A stretch of DNA of 64,000 nucleotides, from positions 4,681 to 68,680 of the forward strand of contig JANNSZ010000095.1 in assembly GCA_031403195.1 (NCBI GenBank), given 5' to 3'. Of this stretch, positions 9,074-18,154 are shown piece by piece. Numbering within the stretch: position 1 is the stretch's first letter; every line of letters begins with the position of its first letter. The notes under the pieces were generated by a model that saw nothing but the letters and a program-made list of their open reading frames with translations, ran no database searches and was not told the origin of the DNA. This DNA is from Planctomycetota bacterium (GTDB lineage: Bacteria > Planctomycetota > Planctomycetia > Pirellulales > UBA1268). Made by a program: the position numbers and the translations under genes.

Positions 9074-11445
9074 GGCACAGCCTCAACGGAAACGTTGTCG
9101 ATGAATATCTCGGAATCCTTGGAATTGCCAAAGAACCCTGGGCTTCCCCGGACGTTGCCGTCCTTGTGGACCGCTTCGATGGTCCAGGCTTTGGGCTCGG
9201 GCTCACCGCGGCGCCAGACCTTGCCACACAGGACCGCGTCGGTGCCCTGTGTGCGGGCTTCGAACCGCATCGTGTACCAGCGGCCGGCTTCCCACGGAAA
9301 CGGAATCGTTTTCGAGAAATGCGTGGCTACCTGCGGCGGCCAGGAGCGGAGTTGGAGTTGCTGTGCGGCTCCCATCATGTCGAGGGTGTACCGCTGGGCG
9401 ATCAGGCCCATGTCGGGCATGCGGGCTTTTTCGAGCGCGGCGGCCGTGCCAAAAGCTTTGGCAAACGCGTCGGCATCGCTGGCCGTCGTTGGGGTCGCCG
9501 GATCACCAGGGGCACCAACGCCACTTTCGGCAGCGCGGAGGTCGGCCTGAATCGTGTAGTCATGGAGGCTGATCGGCCCGATCCAGCCTTGGCTCCGCGT
9601 GCCCTTCGGGATCGTCGTCACTTTGACAAGGCATTTGGAACCATCAACCTCCCGCACGATGTGGCGATGCCGCATGCCGATCCAGGGAAGCGGTGGTTCA
9701 CCCCGCGGCGGTCCACCCTTCGGGTTGGGGCCAAGCGAAATGTCTTCAAAGTCAAAACGCCATGGGAGGGGAGGCATCGAGCGAATTCTCGCCTGGCCCT
9801 CGAGGTTGCCGACTTTCGCGGTGACGATGGCCCCGGCATGTGCATCCACTGGCGCCGTGTACTTCCCGCTCGACGAAACTTTTCCCGCCGTCGTGCTGAA
9901 CGTCGCTGGCGATTCCTTCACAAACCGTCCTTCGGCGTCGTAGAGCCGCACGTGGAGTGGGAGCGTTTCTCCGGCGGCGATCTGCGCCTCCGCAGGCACG
10001 ATCTGCACCACCCAGGCGGAGGTGGGCTCGCCGGCGGAGGCCCCGCGTGTCCTCGCAGAAACCGACTCGGCGCGTGTTGGCGCCTGTGGGGCTTGAGCCG
10101 CGGGCAACGGCGGCATGGCGGCGGCTGCCTGATCGCCGATGCAGTAAACCCGCGCCCCCGTCACGAGGTAGAGGAGGCCATCGGCGGCAATCGGCGACGC
10201 GGTAATCTCGTCTTCTTCATCGAGCCGCATGCGATGGACGAACTTGAAACCGTCTGCGGTCGGCTCGATCACATGAAAACCGCTCGTCGAGCAGATGTAG
10301 AGTTTTCCATTGGCCACGAGCGCACTCCCTCGCACGATCGTGCCGAGGAGCTTTTGAGGACGACCAATTGGCTCACCACTGTACCTGTCCAACACAAAAA
10401 GCTTGGCACCGTCTTCGGCAAAATACACGCGGTCCCCAAGCACAACCGGCATCGATCGGCCATCCATGATGCCCTTTCGCTGCCACAGGGAAGTGGTGGC
10501 CGTGATGTCACCGCTGCCCGTTGCCTTGAAGGCGGTGGCCGACCCCATTGAGGTGTTGTCGAGATTCTCTTCCGACTGCGAGATGAAAATCGTGTTGCCA
10601 TCGACGAGGGGGGGAGTGTTGATGCCGCGACGGGAGAGCTTGAAGTTCCAGATCGCACGACCCGTCCGCGGCTGAAAGTTCCAGATGCTCCCATCACTCG
10701 AGCCGAAGACGAGCGCCGCCTGGCCATCGATGAGGGCCAGGGACGGCGTGCTGTAGGTCGTGTCTTCAGGCAATTCCTTCGTGCCATTCATCCAGCGGAC
10801 TTTGCCCGTCGCCTTGTCGAGTCCGAGAAATCGGTGTGCCGGCCGCGCGGTGTCGCCCCAGCCGGTGACGACAGCGCTGGCGATCACGAGATCTTCAAAT
10901 ACCACCGGGATGTTCGTCCGCCCGCCATACGTGGAGAGAAAGCCAAACTCTTCATGGAGGCTTCGCTGCCATTTTGTTTTTCCTGTCGCGGCATCGATCG
11001 CCGTGAAGACTCCGCAGACCCCGTGGGCAAAAATGGTGTTCGTTTCAGGGTCGGCCACGAGCGATGACCAGCCAACTCGCTCGGCCGGAACGTCGGAGAG
11101 ATAGACGTTGAAGATGTTTTCCCAGAGTTTCTTGCCGGTGCGAGCATCGAGGCAGATCACCTTCTCGGCTTCCGCTGCCGTGTCGGGAGCATGCCGCACG
11201 AGCGTGTACAGCCGACCGCCCAGGATCACTGGCGTTGAGATTCCCCCCTCGTCATGCTTCCAGACAACGTTTTCGCCCGTCTCGGGATCAAACGACGTGA
11301 CGAGCGGCGGCCCGTCGTAGTGCCGATCCTCCATCGGCCCCCGCCAGTCGGGCCAGTCGCTGGCAGCAGCGATCGCTGACGCGAACGAAACGAAGCACAC
11401 CAACGATAATTTCGCAACAAAGCGGACAGCCATGCTCACTCCCAT
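9070..11445 (-). CDS. PQQ-binding-like beta-propeller protein with C-terminal beta-sandwich domains
   Basis: DWPDWRG, STPVILGG, LDARTGKKLW repeats; start may be 11433. Confidence 0.85.
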   Translation of the reverse strand: MGVSMAVRFVAKLSLVCFVSFASAIAAASDWPDWRGPMEDRHYDGPPLVTSFDPETGENVVWKHDEGGISTPVILGGRLYTLVRHAPDTAAEAEKVICLDARTGKKLWENIFNVYLSDVPAERVGWSSLVADPETNTIFAHGVCGVFTAIDAATGKTKWQRSLHEEFGFLSTYGGRTNIPVVFEDLVIASAVVTGWGDTARPAHRFLGLDKATGKVRWMNGTKELPEDTTYSTPSLALIDGQAALVFGSSDGSIWNFQPRTGRAIWNFKLSRRGINTPPLVDGNTIFISQSEENLDNTSMGSATAFKATGSGDITATTSLWQRKGIMDGRSMPVVLGDRVYFAEDGAKLFVLDRYSGEPIGRPQKLLGTIVRGSALVANGKLYICSTSGFHVIEPTADGFKFVHRMRLDEEDEITASPIAADGLLYLVTGARVYCIGDQAAAAMPPLPAAQAPQAPTRAESVSARTRGASAGEPTSAWVVQIVPAEAQIAAGETLPLHVRLYDAEGRFVKESPATFSTTAGKVSSSGKYTAPVDAHAGAIVTAKVGNLEGQARIRSMPPLPWRFDFEDISLGPNPKGGPPRGEPPLPWIGMRHRHIVREVDGSKCLVKVTTIPKGTRSQGWIGPISLHDYTIQADLRAAESGVGAPGDPATPTTASDADAFAKAFGTAAALEKARMPDMGLIAQRYTLDMMGAAQQLQLRSWPPQVATHFSKTIPFPWEAGRWYTMRFEARTQGTDAVLCGKVWRRGEPEPKAWTIEAVHKDGNVRGSPGFFGNSKDSEIFIDNVSVEAVP

Positions 11446-12671
11446 ATCCCTTCCTTCTTCAGGTCCGCGGGTAGCTTCGGATCAACGATGCCGAGCGAGC
11501 CTTTTCCGTCGATTGTCAGCCGATGTTCCACGTCCTCGATAATAGATGCCTCATCGGCCTCCCACCATCGCCGCCGCTCGGCTGCAGTTGCTGGAGGGGC
11601 GAACGGCCGCACGAGCCTCATGCCGACACCGAGTGTCACTTCCTCCGTATACCACCACGGGCTCTTCGGGCTATTCGGGTCAGTGTCCTTCCAGTCTGGA
11701 TTATCACGATCACCGCCAGCGTCTCGTGATCCTCGCCGTGCGGCGCTACGACACTCAGTAGCCTCATCGAAATACGCACCACCGCGCAGCACGCGTGGGT
11801 AGAGCTGAACCGGCCACTGAATAGCTGATTCGGAAGCCACTGGTTGCGGAAGGGCCGCCGGCTTCTTGAAACCGCCTGCTACGAATTCATCCACTATCCA
11901 CTCGGCGACGTTGCCGTGCATGTCATAAAGACCGAGTGCATTGGGCCGCTTTTGACCAACTGCATGGGTCGTGTCCTCAGCGTTGTCGGTGAACCATGCC
12001 ACATCGTTGAGGGCGTCGGCATCACCGCATGAGTAGGGGGTGTCGGTACCTGCCCGGCAGGCATATTCCCACTCGCTCTCGGCCGGGATGCGATAGAACC
12101 GGCCGGTCAGGCCGCTGAGCCACTTCGTGTACTGACGAGCCGCGAACTGGGTCATCGTCACGGCTGGAAGTCTCAAATCTTCACCGTTCTGAAACGTGAG
12201 CTCGGGCGCATAGAGATTCGACGGCGCCGTCACGGCATCTGTCTCGTTTGTCGAATCAAGGGAGCGTATTGCTTCGCTCTTCATAACGGCAAAAAGCTCG
12301 GTGAAAGCCATGTACTGCTTGTATTCCGACCAAGTCACCTCGTGCTGGCCCATCCAGAAGGGCTCCACCGTCACCTCAAACGTGGGACCTTCGTCGTCGG
12401 TGCGGCCCTCCTCATCCTCCGGGCTCCCCATCCGGAATGTGCCGCCGGGCACCGGAATCATCAGGAACGAGACATCCGACCCCGGAATCGTCTCGTCGTA
12501 GGGCACCATCCAGCCGCCGGTCACCTTAACGAACGGTCCGTCACCCTGCGGCTTGGCTTCGCCCGCCACAAATCCCAGATTAGATTCGGCCGCCGAGACG
12601 AATGCCGCACACGCCATGAGTACCGCGCATCCGATCCAAGTGGCTCGTATTTGGAGTGGCACGGCGTTCAT
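11436..12671 (-). CDS. FGE/SUMF1-family (FGE-sulfatase domain) protein, paralogue 2
   Basis: FRMGS, HEVT, RIPAESEWEYACRAG, LYDMHGNVAEW, RGG, GMRLVR. Confidence 0.9.
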   Translation of the reverse strand: MNAVPLQIRATWIGCAVLMACAAFVSAAESNLGFVAGEAKPQGDGPFVKVTGGWMVPYDETIPGSDVSFLMIPVPGGTFRMGSPEDEEGRTDDEGPTFEVTVEPFWMGQHEVTWSEYKQYMAFTELFAVMKSEAIRSLDSTNETDAVTAPSNLYAPELTFQNGEDLRLPAVTMTQFAARQYTKWLSGLTGRFYRIPAESEWEYACRAGTDTPYSCGDADALNDVAWFTDNAEDTTHAVGQKRPNALGLYDMHGNVAEWIVDEFVAGGFKKPAALPQPVASESAIQWPVQLYPRVLRGGAYFDEATECRSAARRGSRDAGGDRDNPDWKDTDPNSPKSPWWYTEEVTLGVGMRLVRPFAPPATAAERRRWWEADEASIIEDVEHRLTIDGKGSLGIVDPKLPADLKKEGIWE

Positions 12672-13912
12672 TCCCAGATCCCTTCCTTCTTGAGGTCGGC
12701 TGGCAGCTTGGTGTCCACGATGCCACGGGTCGCACGGCCTTCGTCGAGGCGATTGGCCACATCGTCCTTGATGGATTGTTCGTCGGCCTCCCACCATCGG
12801 CTTCGTTCCGCAGCATCAGCAGGTACGCTGAACGGCCGCACGATTCTCATGCCCACGCCGAGCGTCGGTTCTTCCGTGTACCACCAGGGGCTCTTGGGGA
12901 TGTTCGGATCGACATCCTTCCAATCGGGGTCTTTCGTGTCCCCGCCGGCGTCGCGTGATCCTTTGCGACTGGCGCTGCGGCACTCGGTGGCCTCGTCGTA
13001 GTAGGCGCCACCTCGGAGTGCCCGAGGATAGAGCTGCACGGGCCACTGAATCGCCGCGGCAGTGGCCACGGGCTGTGGAAGAGCGGCAGGCTGGGCGTAG
13101 CCGCCGGCCACCAATTCATCCACGACCCACTCTGCCACGTTGCCATGCATGTCGTGAAGGCCGAACGAATTGGACTTCTTTTGGCCAACGGGATGCGTGG
13201 TGTCGTCGGCGTTCTCAGCAAACCACGCGACGTCCTCGAGGGCCTCGGGTTTGCCACTGCCGCACGAGAACGGCGTCTCCGTGCCCGCGCGGCAGGCATA
13301 TTCCCACTCGCTCTCAGCTGGAAGTCGATAGAACCGGCCGGAGAGACCGCTGAGCCACTTCGTGTATTGACGTGCGGCAAACTGCGTCATCGTGACGGCT
13401 GGCAACTCCGGTTCCTCACCGTTGGTGAAGGTCATGGACGGGTCGTACAACTCGGTGGGCGCGGTCACGGCGTCGGCCTCGTTGGACTCGTCGACTGGCC
13501 GGATGTTGGCTCCTTGCATGGCCAGAAACAGGGAGTGGGCGGCGGTATACCGCTTGTATTCGGCCCACGTGACTTCGTGTTGACCCATCCAGAAGGGCTC
13601 GACCTTGACCTCAAATGCAGGTCCCTCGTCTGCGGTCCGGCCCTCCTCGTTCTCGGGACTGCCCATTCGGAACGTGCCACCGGGCACGGGAATCATGCGA
13701 AAAGCGACATCGCCCCCAGGAATCATCTCCTCGTAGGGCACCATCCAGCCGCCCGGCACTTTCACAAACGGCCCGTCGCCACGTGGCCGAGCCTCACCGG
13801 CGACGAATCCCTGGCTGGCCGTGGTGGCCTCAGCGGCCGCGAGCGGGGCAAGCGTCAGGGCGGCCACGGCCAAGACAGCGAGTAGCCCCAAGGGAATCTG
13901 TGTGGTACGCAT
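12668..13912 (-). CDS. FGE/SUMF1-family (FGE-sulfatase domain) protein, paralogue 1
   Basis: Same motifs (RLPAESEWEYACRAG, LHDMHGNVAEW); signal peptide after ATG 13912. Confidence 0.9.
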   Translation of the reverse strand: MRTTQIPLGLLAVLAVAALTLAPLAAAEATTASQGFVAGEARPRGDGPFVKVPGGWMVPYEEMIPGGDVAFRMIPVPGGTFRMGSPENEEGRTADEGPAFEVKVEPFWMGQHEVTWAEYKRYTAAHSLFLAMQGANIRPVDESNEADAVTAPTELYDPSMTFTNGEEPELPAVTMTQFAARQYTKWLSGLSGRFYRLPAESEWEYACRAGTETPFSCGSGKPEALEDVAWFAENADDTTHPVGQKKSNSFGLHDMHGNVAEWVVDELVAGGYAQPAALPQPVATAAAIQWPVQLYPRALRGGAYYDEATECRSASRKGSRDAGGDTKDPDWKDVDPNIPKSPWWYTEEPTLGVGMRIVRPFSVPADAAERSRWWEADEQSIKDDVANRLDEGRATRGIVDTKLPADLKKEGIWE

Positions 13913-14073
13913 GGGTTCGTCCGAGCTCCTTCGAAAGGTGGGAACAGCGGGTGGGAAGCCAAGGCCGTGTCTGGGAGACACAGTGGGCGAGGCGGCACTC
14001 GTGGCCGGAAGCCGTACAGTGTACCGTGACAAATCGACCCCGCCCATGAACTGGCCAGCGGCGACCGCACCCC

Positions 14074-14616
14074 ATGTCCACCAAGAAAAAGCCACCCCAG
14101 CCTACGGCGTCCACCCCTGGCAAGAAGGCCAAAGCTCCCGCGGGCGACAAGCCGGCCGAACGGCTCGTCGCCGAAAACCGCAAGGCTCGCCACGACTACG
14201 AAATTCTCGACACGCTCGAATGCGGGATCGCCTTGGTCGGCAGCGAGGTGAAGAGCCTCCGCGGCGGCCGCATGAGCCTGGATGAGGCCTACGGCAGGGT
14301 CGATGGCAACGAAGTCTGGCTCCTGGGCTGTGACATCCCGGAATACGAAAAGGCAAACCAGCTCAACCACAAGCCGAAACGGTCTCGCAAGCTCCTGCTC
14401 CATCGCCGCGAAATCCGCACGTTTGCCGCGCAAGCCTTCGAGAAGGGGCTCACGCTCGTGCCGCTCAAGATGTATTTCAAAGACGGCCGTGTGAAGGTGC
14501 TGCTCGGCATCGGGCGAGGCCGACAAGCCCACGACAAGCGACAGAAGCTCAAGGCCGCAACGGCCCGCCGTGAAATTGAAATCGCCCTCCGCGGGCGATC
14601 CCACGGAGGGCGATAA
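14074..14616 (+). CDS. smpB: SsrA-binding protein SmpB
   Basis: NRKARHDY, ECGIALVGSEVKSLR, RKLLLHRREI, GLTLVPL, HDKR. Confidence 0.97.
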   Translation: MSTKKKPPQPTASTPGKKAKAPAGDKPAERLVAENRKARHDYEILDTLECGIALVGSEVKSLRGGRMSLDEAYGRVDGNEVWLLGCDIPEYEKANQLNHKPKRSRKLLLHRREIRTFAAQAFEKGLTLVPLKMYFKDGRVKVLLGIGRGRQAHDKRQKLKAATARREIEIALRGRSHGGR

Positions 14617-14661
14617 AAGAGTCGGGCCAGGGTGCATCCACGGAGGCAAGCACTCGGCTGC

Positions 14662-14880
14662 TCACGAACTCGTCACAAGCTCACCGATGGGCATATCGGT
14701 TGAGTCTTCGGGGTGCCATAGGGGCATGCCCCGCTGGATCCGTGCGGCGAGGATATCGATCTTCTGCCGCGATCCGGCCGGAGCCGTCGTGGGGATGAAC
14801 TCCTCGGTCTTCACCGGCTCGAAGTTCTCGTCGTGCCCATACAACTCGATGATCTCAAACACGTTGCGAATCCGGGTCAT
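14662..14880 (-). CDS. Small hypothetical protein
   Basis: 72-aa ORF ending PTTAPAGSRQKIDILAARIQRGMPLWHPED; ggag Shine-Dalgarno-like sequence upstream. Confidence 0.7.
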   Translation of the reverse strand: MTRIRNVFEIIELYGHDENFEPVKTEEFIPTTAPAGSRQKIDILAARIQRGMPLWHPEDSTDMPIGELVTSS

Positions 14881-15241
14881 CGCCACGAATCAACTCCTTT
14901 ACCATGAAACTGTAGTCACCGACAACCAAGCGGACCGGCGGAACGCCCTGCCGGGACTGGCTGCTCGTTTTCACGAGAACACTCTGCCGCGAGCCAGTTG
15001 ACGGCCGCATCCCTCGGGATACCGACTGTCGAACCGTCGCGATCGCCCGCTGACGAAGCGACCTCAAGGGCCACTGCGGGCGTTCGGTGATCATCGTGGA
15101 CGAAGCCATTATGGAGCCGTCCTAACGCGAGTCAAACTTTTTTTAACAACCCTGTCGTCACGGGAAAAATCGGCATTTTCGACGATGAATGTGGTGCCGC
15201 GGCCCTGCCAAGCAGGCTTAGCAGGCTGTGGAAAAAGTCTC

Positions 15242-15345
15242 TCGCCGCAGGAAGTGGCGATCGCCGACCGTGGAAAACCGCGGCTTTTCCATCGGTCGGC
15301 CTACGTGGGAAAAGGCCATGGATGGCTTTTTCCACGGACAGTTAG
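15242..15345 (+). repeat. Three-hairpin repeat, copy C
   Basis: tcgccgcaggaagtggcga / gccgaccgtggaaaaccgcggcttttccatcggtcggc / gtgggaaaaggccatggatggctttttccac / gttag. Confidence 0.9.
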
Positions 15346-15387
15346 AGGGTCCCTGAGGATGCCGGAGTGGCCGTAGCTGCCCGGGTG

Positions 15388-15852
15388 CTACTGCCCAGGA
15401 GGGCCTGGGGGCAGCACGATTTCGATATCGCCAGGTGGCGGCCCTGCGGGCCTCGTGGGCTTGGCCGATGGATCGAAGGCCGGCGTGTCGACGCCAGTGC
15501 GGGCCTCGAGGTCGGATGTGAGCGAGATCTTTTCACCGCCAGCAGGGCGGATTTCGAGTCGTGTCACGCCCCACTCACCGCGCGTCTTCTTGCCCTCGAC
15601 CACAACGATCGCGGTGCCCTTTGACCCTGTGGCATCGAACTCGAGCGTGGCAATCCCGTCGGTTTCGTTGGCCGTGCCGCGGATCGACTGGCCGCAGGTG
15701 ACCGGCTTCCCGATAGCGTCCGCGACGCGGGCGTTGGTCTTCACCTCTTCGGTTCCCTCGAGCACAAGCGGGTGCTTGGAGAGGCGGCCGCAACCAGTGG
15801 CCAGCGCCACAAGCACGGTCAGGAAAAACCACGTGGACAATGAACGTTGCAT
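15388..15852 (-). CDS. Coa1/Tim21-like lipoprotein or membrane protein
   Basis: Lipobox-like LATGC; NARVADAIGKP...G.A...F..TGSKGTA...GEW pattern. Confidence 0.65.
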   Translation of the reverse strand: MQRSLSTWFFLTVLVALATGCGRLSKHPLVLEGTEEVKTNARVADAIGKPVTCGQSIRGTANETDGIATLEFDATGSKGTAIVVVEGKKTRGEWGVTRLEIRPAGGEKISLTSDLEARTGVDTPAFDPSAKPTRPAGPPPGDIEIVLPPGPPGQ

Positions 15853-15888
15853 GAAAAGCCTCCGTGCGTTCAGCCTGACCGTGGCCAC

Positions 15889-16482
15889 TCAGCCCTTGGC
15901 GTCGTGGGTCCGGCACCAAGCAATTTTCTCGGCCGTGGTCGTAGGAAGGGGCCCAGTAGGAGTGGCCTTCGCAGGCGCCGCAACCGGCTCGGGCGGTGGC
16001 GCGATGTCGGCAGCCACCGGAGGCTCAGCAGGGGCCGCAGTCACGGTCGCTGAGGCCTCGGCCTTCTTCGCACGCGCTGCCGCGAGAATGTCTGCCGTTG
16101 AAAGCTTTCCTGCGGGCTTGGCCGGTGCCGACGCCTTCCCCCGCGCGGCTGCGAGGATGTCGGCCGTTGACGGCTTCCCGCTCGCGGCAGGCTTAGGGGC
16201 TGCCTTGGCGGGGGCAGGCTTGGCTGCCGGAACTGCCGCCTTAGGCTTGCTCTCGGCAGGCTTGGGGACTGGCTTGGGAACGACCTTCAGGTAGGACGGG
16301 TCGATGTCGTACCAGCCGGTGTTGTTGTACTGGTCAAACTGCACAAGGCAGCGGCCGTTCATGTTGACCGTCTTGACCATTCCCGTCGCGGCGGCGAAAC
16401 GCGCGAGCTCCGGGGCCGGCGAATCGATCACGACATATTTGTCGGTCCACTCTGACTTGAGTCGCTCGATCACGTCGAACAT
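15889..16482 (-). CDS. Hypothetical protein with a conserved N-terminal domain and an Ala/Pro/Lys-rich tail
   Basis: WTDKYVV..PELARF..GMVKTVNMNGRCLVQFD; duplicated STADILAAAR. Confidence 0.8.
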   Translation of the reverse strand: MFDVIERLKSEWTDKYVVIDSPAPELARFAAATGMVKTVNMNGRCLVQFDQYNNTGWYDIDPSYLKVVPKPVPKPAESKPKAAVPAAKPAPAKAAPKPAASGKPSTADILAAARGKASAPAKPAGKLSTADILAAARAKKAEASATVTAAPAEPPVAADIAPPPEPVAAPAKATPTGPLPTTTAEKIAWCRTHDAKG

Positions 16483-16561
16483 GGGCGGTATCGATAAGAG
16501 AGGAGCGCGGGCCGATTCCGAATAGAATGTGATCGATTGGCTGGGCCGCCGCAAGCCTCGG

Positions 16562-17080
16562 TCACCGACCCCTGGCCCGATCGCCAGGCGGGGCCAGCGG
16601 AAGGTGGCGAAGGCCAGCCGGGCCAACCAGATAGCTCCAGCAGACGGTGGTCGGCGGTGTCAGTGGCTCGGTCACAGCCTTGAGCACGATCAATCTCCCG
16701 CCAGGCTCGCGATAGGTCGATCCAAGCCAGCCCACCAGCCCGCTGAGCCTACAGGCTGCCTCAAAACGAAGGCTCTCGGGCTCGTCGGGGTGGATGGTCA
16801 CGCAAAGCGAGAAGTGGGAGCGCCCGGCTAAGCCTAGGCCGAGGAGCGCCGGCCCTCCGGCAGCCTCCACGAGCGACACCTCGGTGAGCACAGGCGACGC
16901 TGGCCAGCAGGGATCTGGGTTCAGTTCCGTTGTTCCCTCGACGGATTGCCACAAACCGCCATCGGCAGTCGAAATCTCGTGCCTCCAGCGGTCGCCGGCC
17001 CGGGTATAGGCCACGATGGTCGGACCGGACGCAAGCCGGATGGCTGGGATCGATGAGGGTGATCCCTCGCCGTGATGCAT
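16562..17080 (-). CDS. Hypothetical protein
   Basis: Gap-filling ORF (SVEG...WPASP...GLAGRSHFS...FEAACR); start uncertain. Confidence 0.6.
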   Translation of the reverse strand: MHHGEGSPSSIPAIRLASGPTIVAYTRAGDRWRHEISTADGGLWQSVEGTTELNPDPCWPASPVLTEVSLVEAAGGPALLGLGLAGRSHFSLCVTIHPDEPESLRFEAACRLSGLVGWLGSTYREPGGRLIVLKAVTEPLTPPTTVCWSYLVGPAGLRHLPLAPPGDRARGR

Positions 17081-17197
17081 CGTGTCTTGGGAAGGCAGAC
17101 TGAGAAATGGGGGGAATGGTCCGAGGCCGGAACAGGCATTGGCCCACAGCCCGCTAGCATAGTCGATGGCTTTCCGTCGGTGGCCCTGGAGTCGGTG

Positions 17198-18109
17198 ATG
17201 GAACCGTATCGTTCGCTCCGCTGGCCGATCCTGCTGGGCATCGCGCTTATCGGCTCACTTGTCACCCTCACAGTGGGCTGGGTGCTTGTCAGTATCGCCG
17301 CTGCGCTCGGGTCGCGAAACGCCGCCTTCTATTGGGCCGCGCTCGGCGTCGGGGTCGCGCTTTTGGTCGCCGTGCTCGCCGGGGTGATCGTCTATCTGGC
17401 GTTGACGGTGAAGGCGATTGCGCTGTCGCAGAGGCAAAGCAATTTCATCGACAGCGTGACCCACGAGCTCAAGAGCCCGCTCGCCTCGCTGAAGCTCTAC
17501 CTCCAGACGCTCGCGAGGCATCCCGTGCCAGCCGAGAAGCAGGCTGACTTTCACCGCTTCATGCTTCAAGACGTGGAGCGGCTTGACGGCCTCATTGATC
17601 ATCTCCTTGACGCTGCCCGCACCCTCCATCGAAGGCCAAGGGGCGCTGAGAAGGTGACAGCGCTCGCACCGGTGCTCGAGCAGGTGCGAGCGGCTGTCCT
17701 GCACCGGTATGGTTTGCCAGATGACGCAGTGCGGCTGGTGTGCGAGCCTGGCATCGCCGTGCGAGGTCCCGAGACAGATGTGGAGATTGTGGTTCGAAAC
17801 CTCCTCGACAATGCCGTGAAGTATTCTCTTCCAGAACCAATTGTGGAAGTGACGGCATCGGTGGGCCGAGGTCGTGTGAAGATTCGAGTTGCCGACAATG
17901 GACCGGGTATCCCCCTCGCCCAGCGGCATGCAGTGTTTCGACGTTTCGTGCGGCTTGGCAGTGAACTCGAGAGGAGTCGTCCCGGCACGGGCCTCGGGCT
18001 CTTTCTGGTGCGGTCGCTGGTGCGTCAGATGCGAGGCAAGGTGACGGCGAAGGGGAGGCTCACCCAAAAGGGGAGTATTTTCGAGGTCGACCTGCCGGCG
18101 GCTGGGTGA
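17198..18109 (+). CDS. Sensor histidine kinase
   Basis: Two TM segments, H-box VTHELKSPL, NLLDNAVKYS, DNGPGI, GTGLGL. Confidence 0.95.
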   Translation: MEPYRSLRWPILLGIALIGSLVTLTVGWVLVSIAAALGSRNAAFYWAALGVGVALLVAVLAGVIVYLALTVKAIALSQRQSNFIDSVTHELKSPLASLKLYLQTLARHPVPAEKQADFHRFMLQDVERLDGLIDHLLDAARTLHRRPRGAEKVTALAPVLEQVRAAVLHRYGLPDDAVRLVCEPGIAVRGPETDVEIVVRNLLDNAVKYSLPEPIVEVTASVGRGRVKIRVADNGPGIPLAQRHAVFRRFVRLGSELERSRPGTGLGLFLVRSLVRQMRGKVTAKGRLTQKGSIFEVDLPAAG

Positions 18110-18154
18110 TGACAGCCCCTTTTTCTCCGTCGCCGGGCCGCCATAATCGCGGCC

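Noticed and set aside
7415-10551. 346-aa and 547-aa ORFs on the + strand
   Set aside because: Antisense to the PQQ-propeller genes, which carry recognisable motifs.
15135-15238. IS-end-like sequences (ttttaacaaccctg / caggctgtggaaaaag)
   Set aside because: Imperfect, no transposase and no target duplication; too weak to call a MITE.
14617-15240. tmRNA (ssrA) near smpB
   Set aside because: No tRNA-Ala-like ends or tag reading frame recognised; the gap holds a small ORF.
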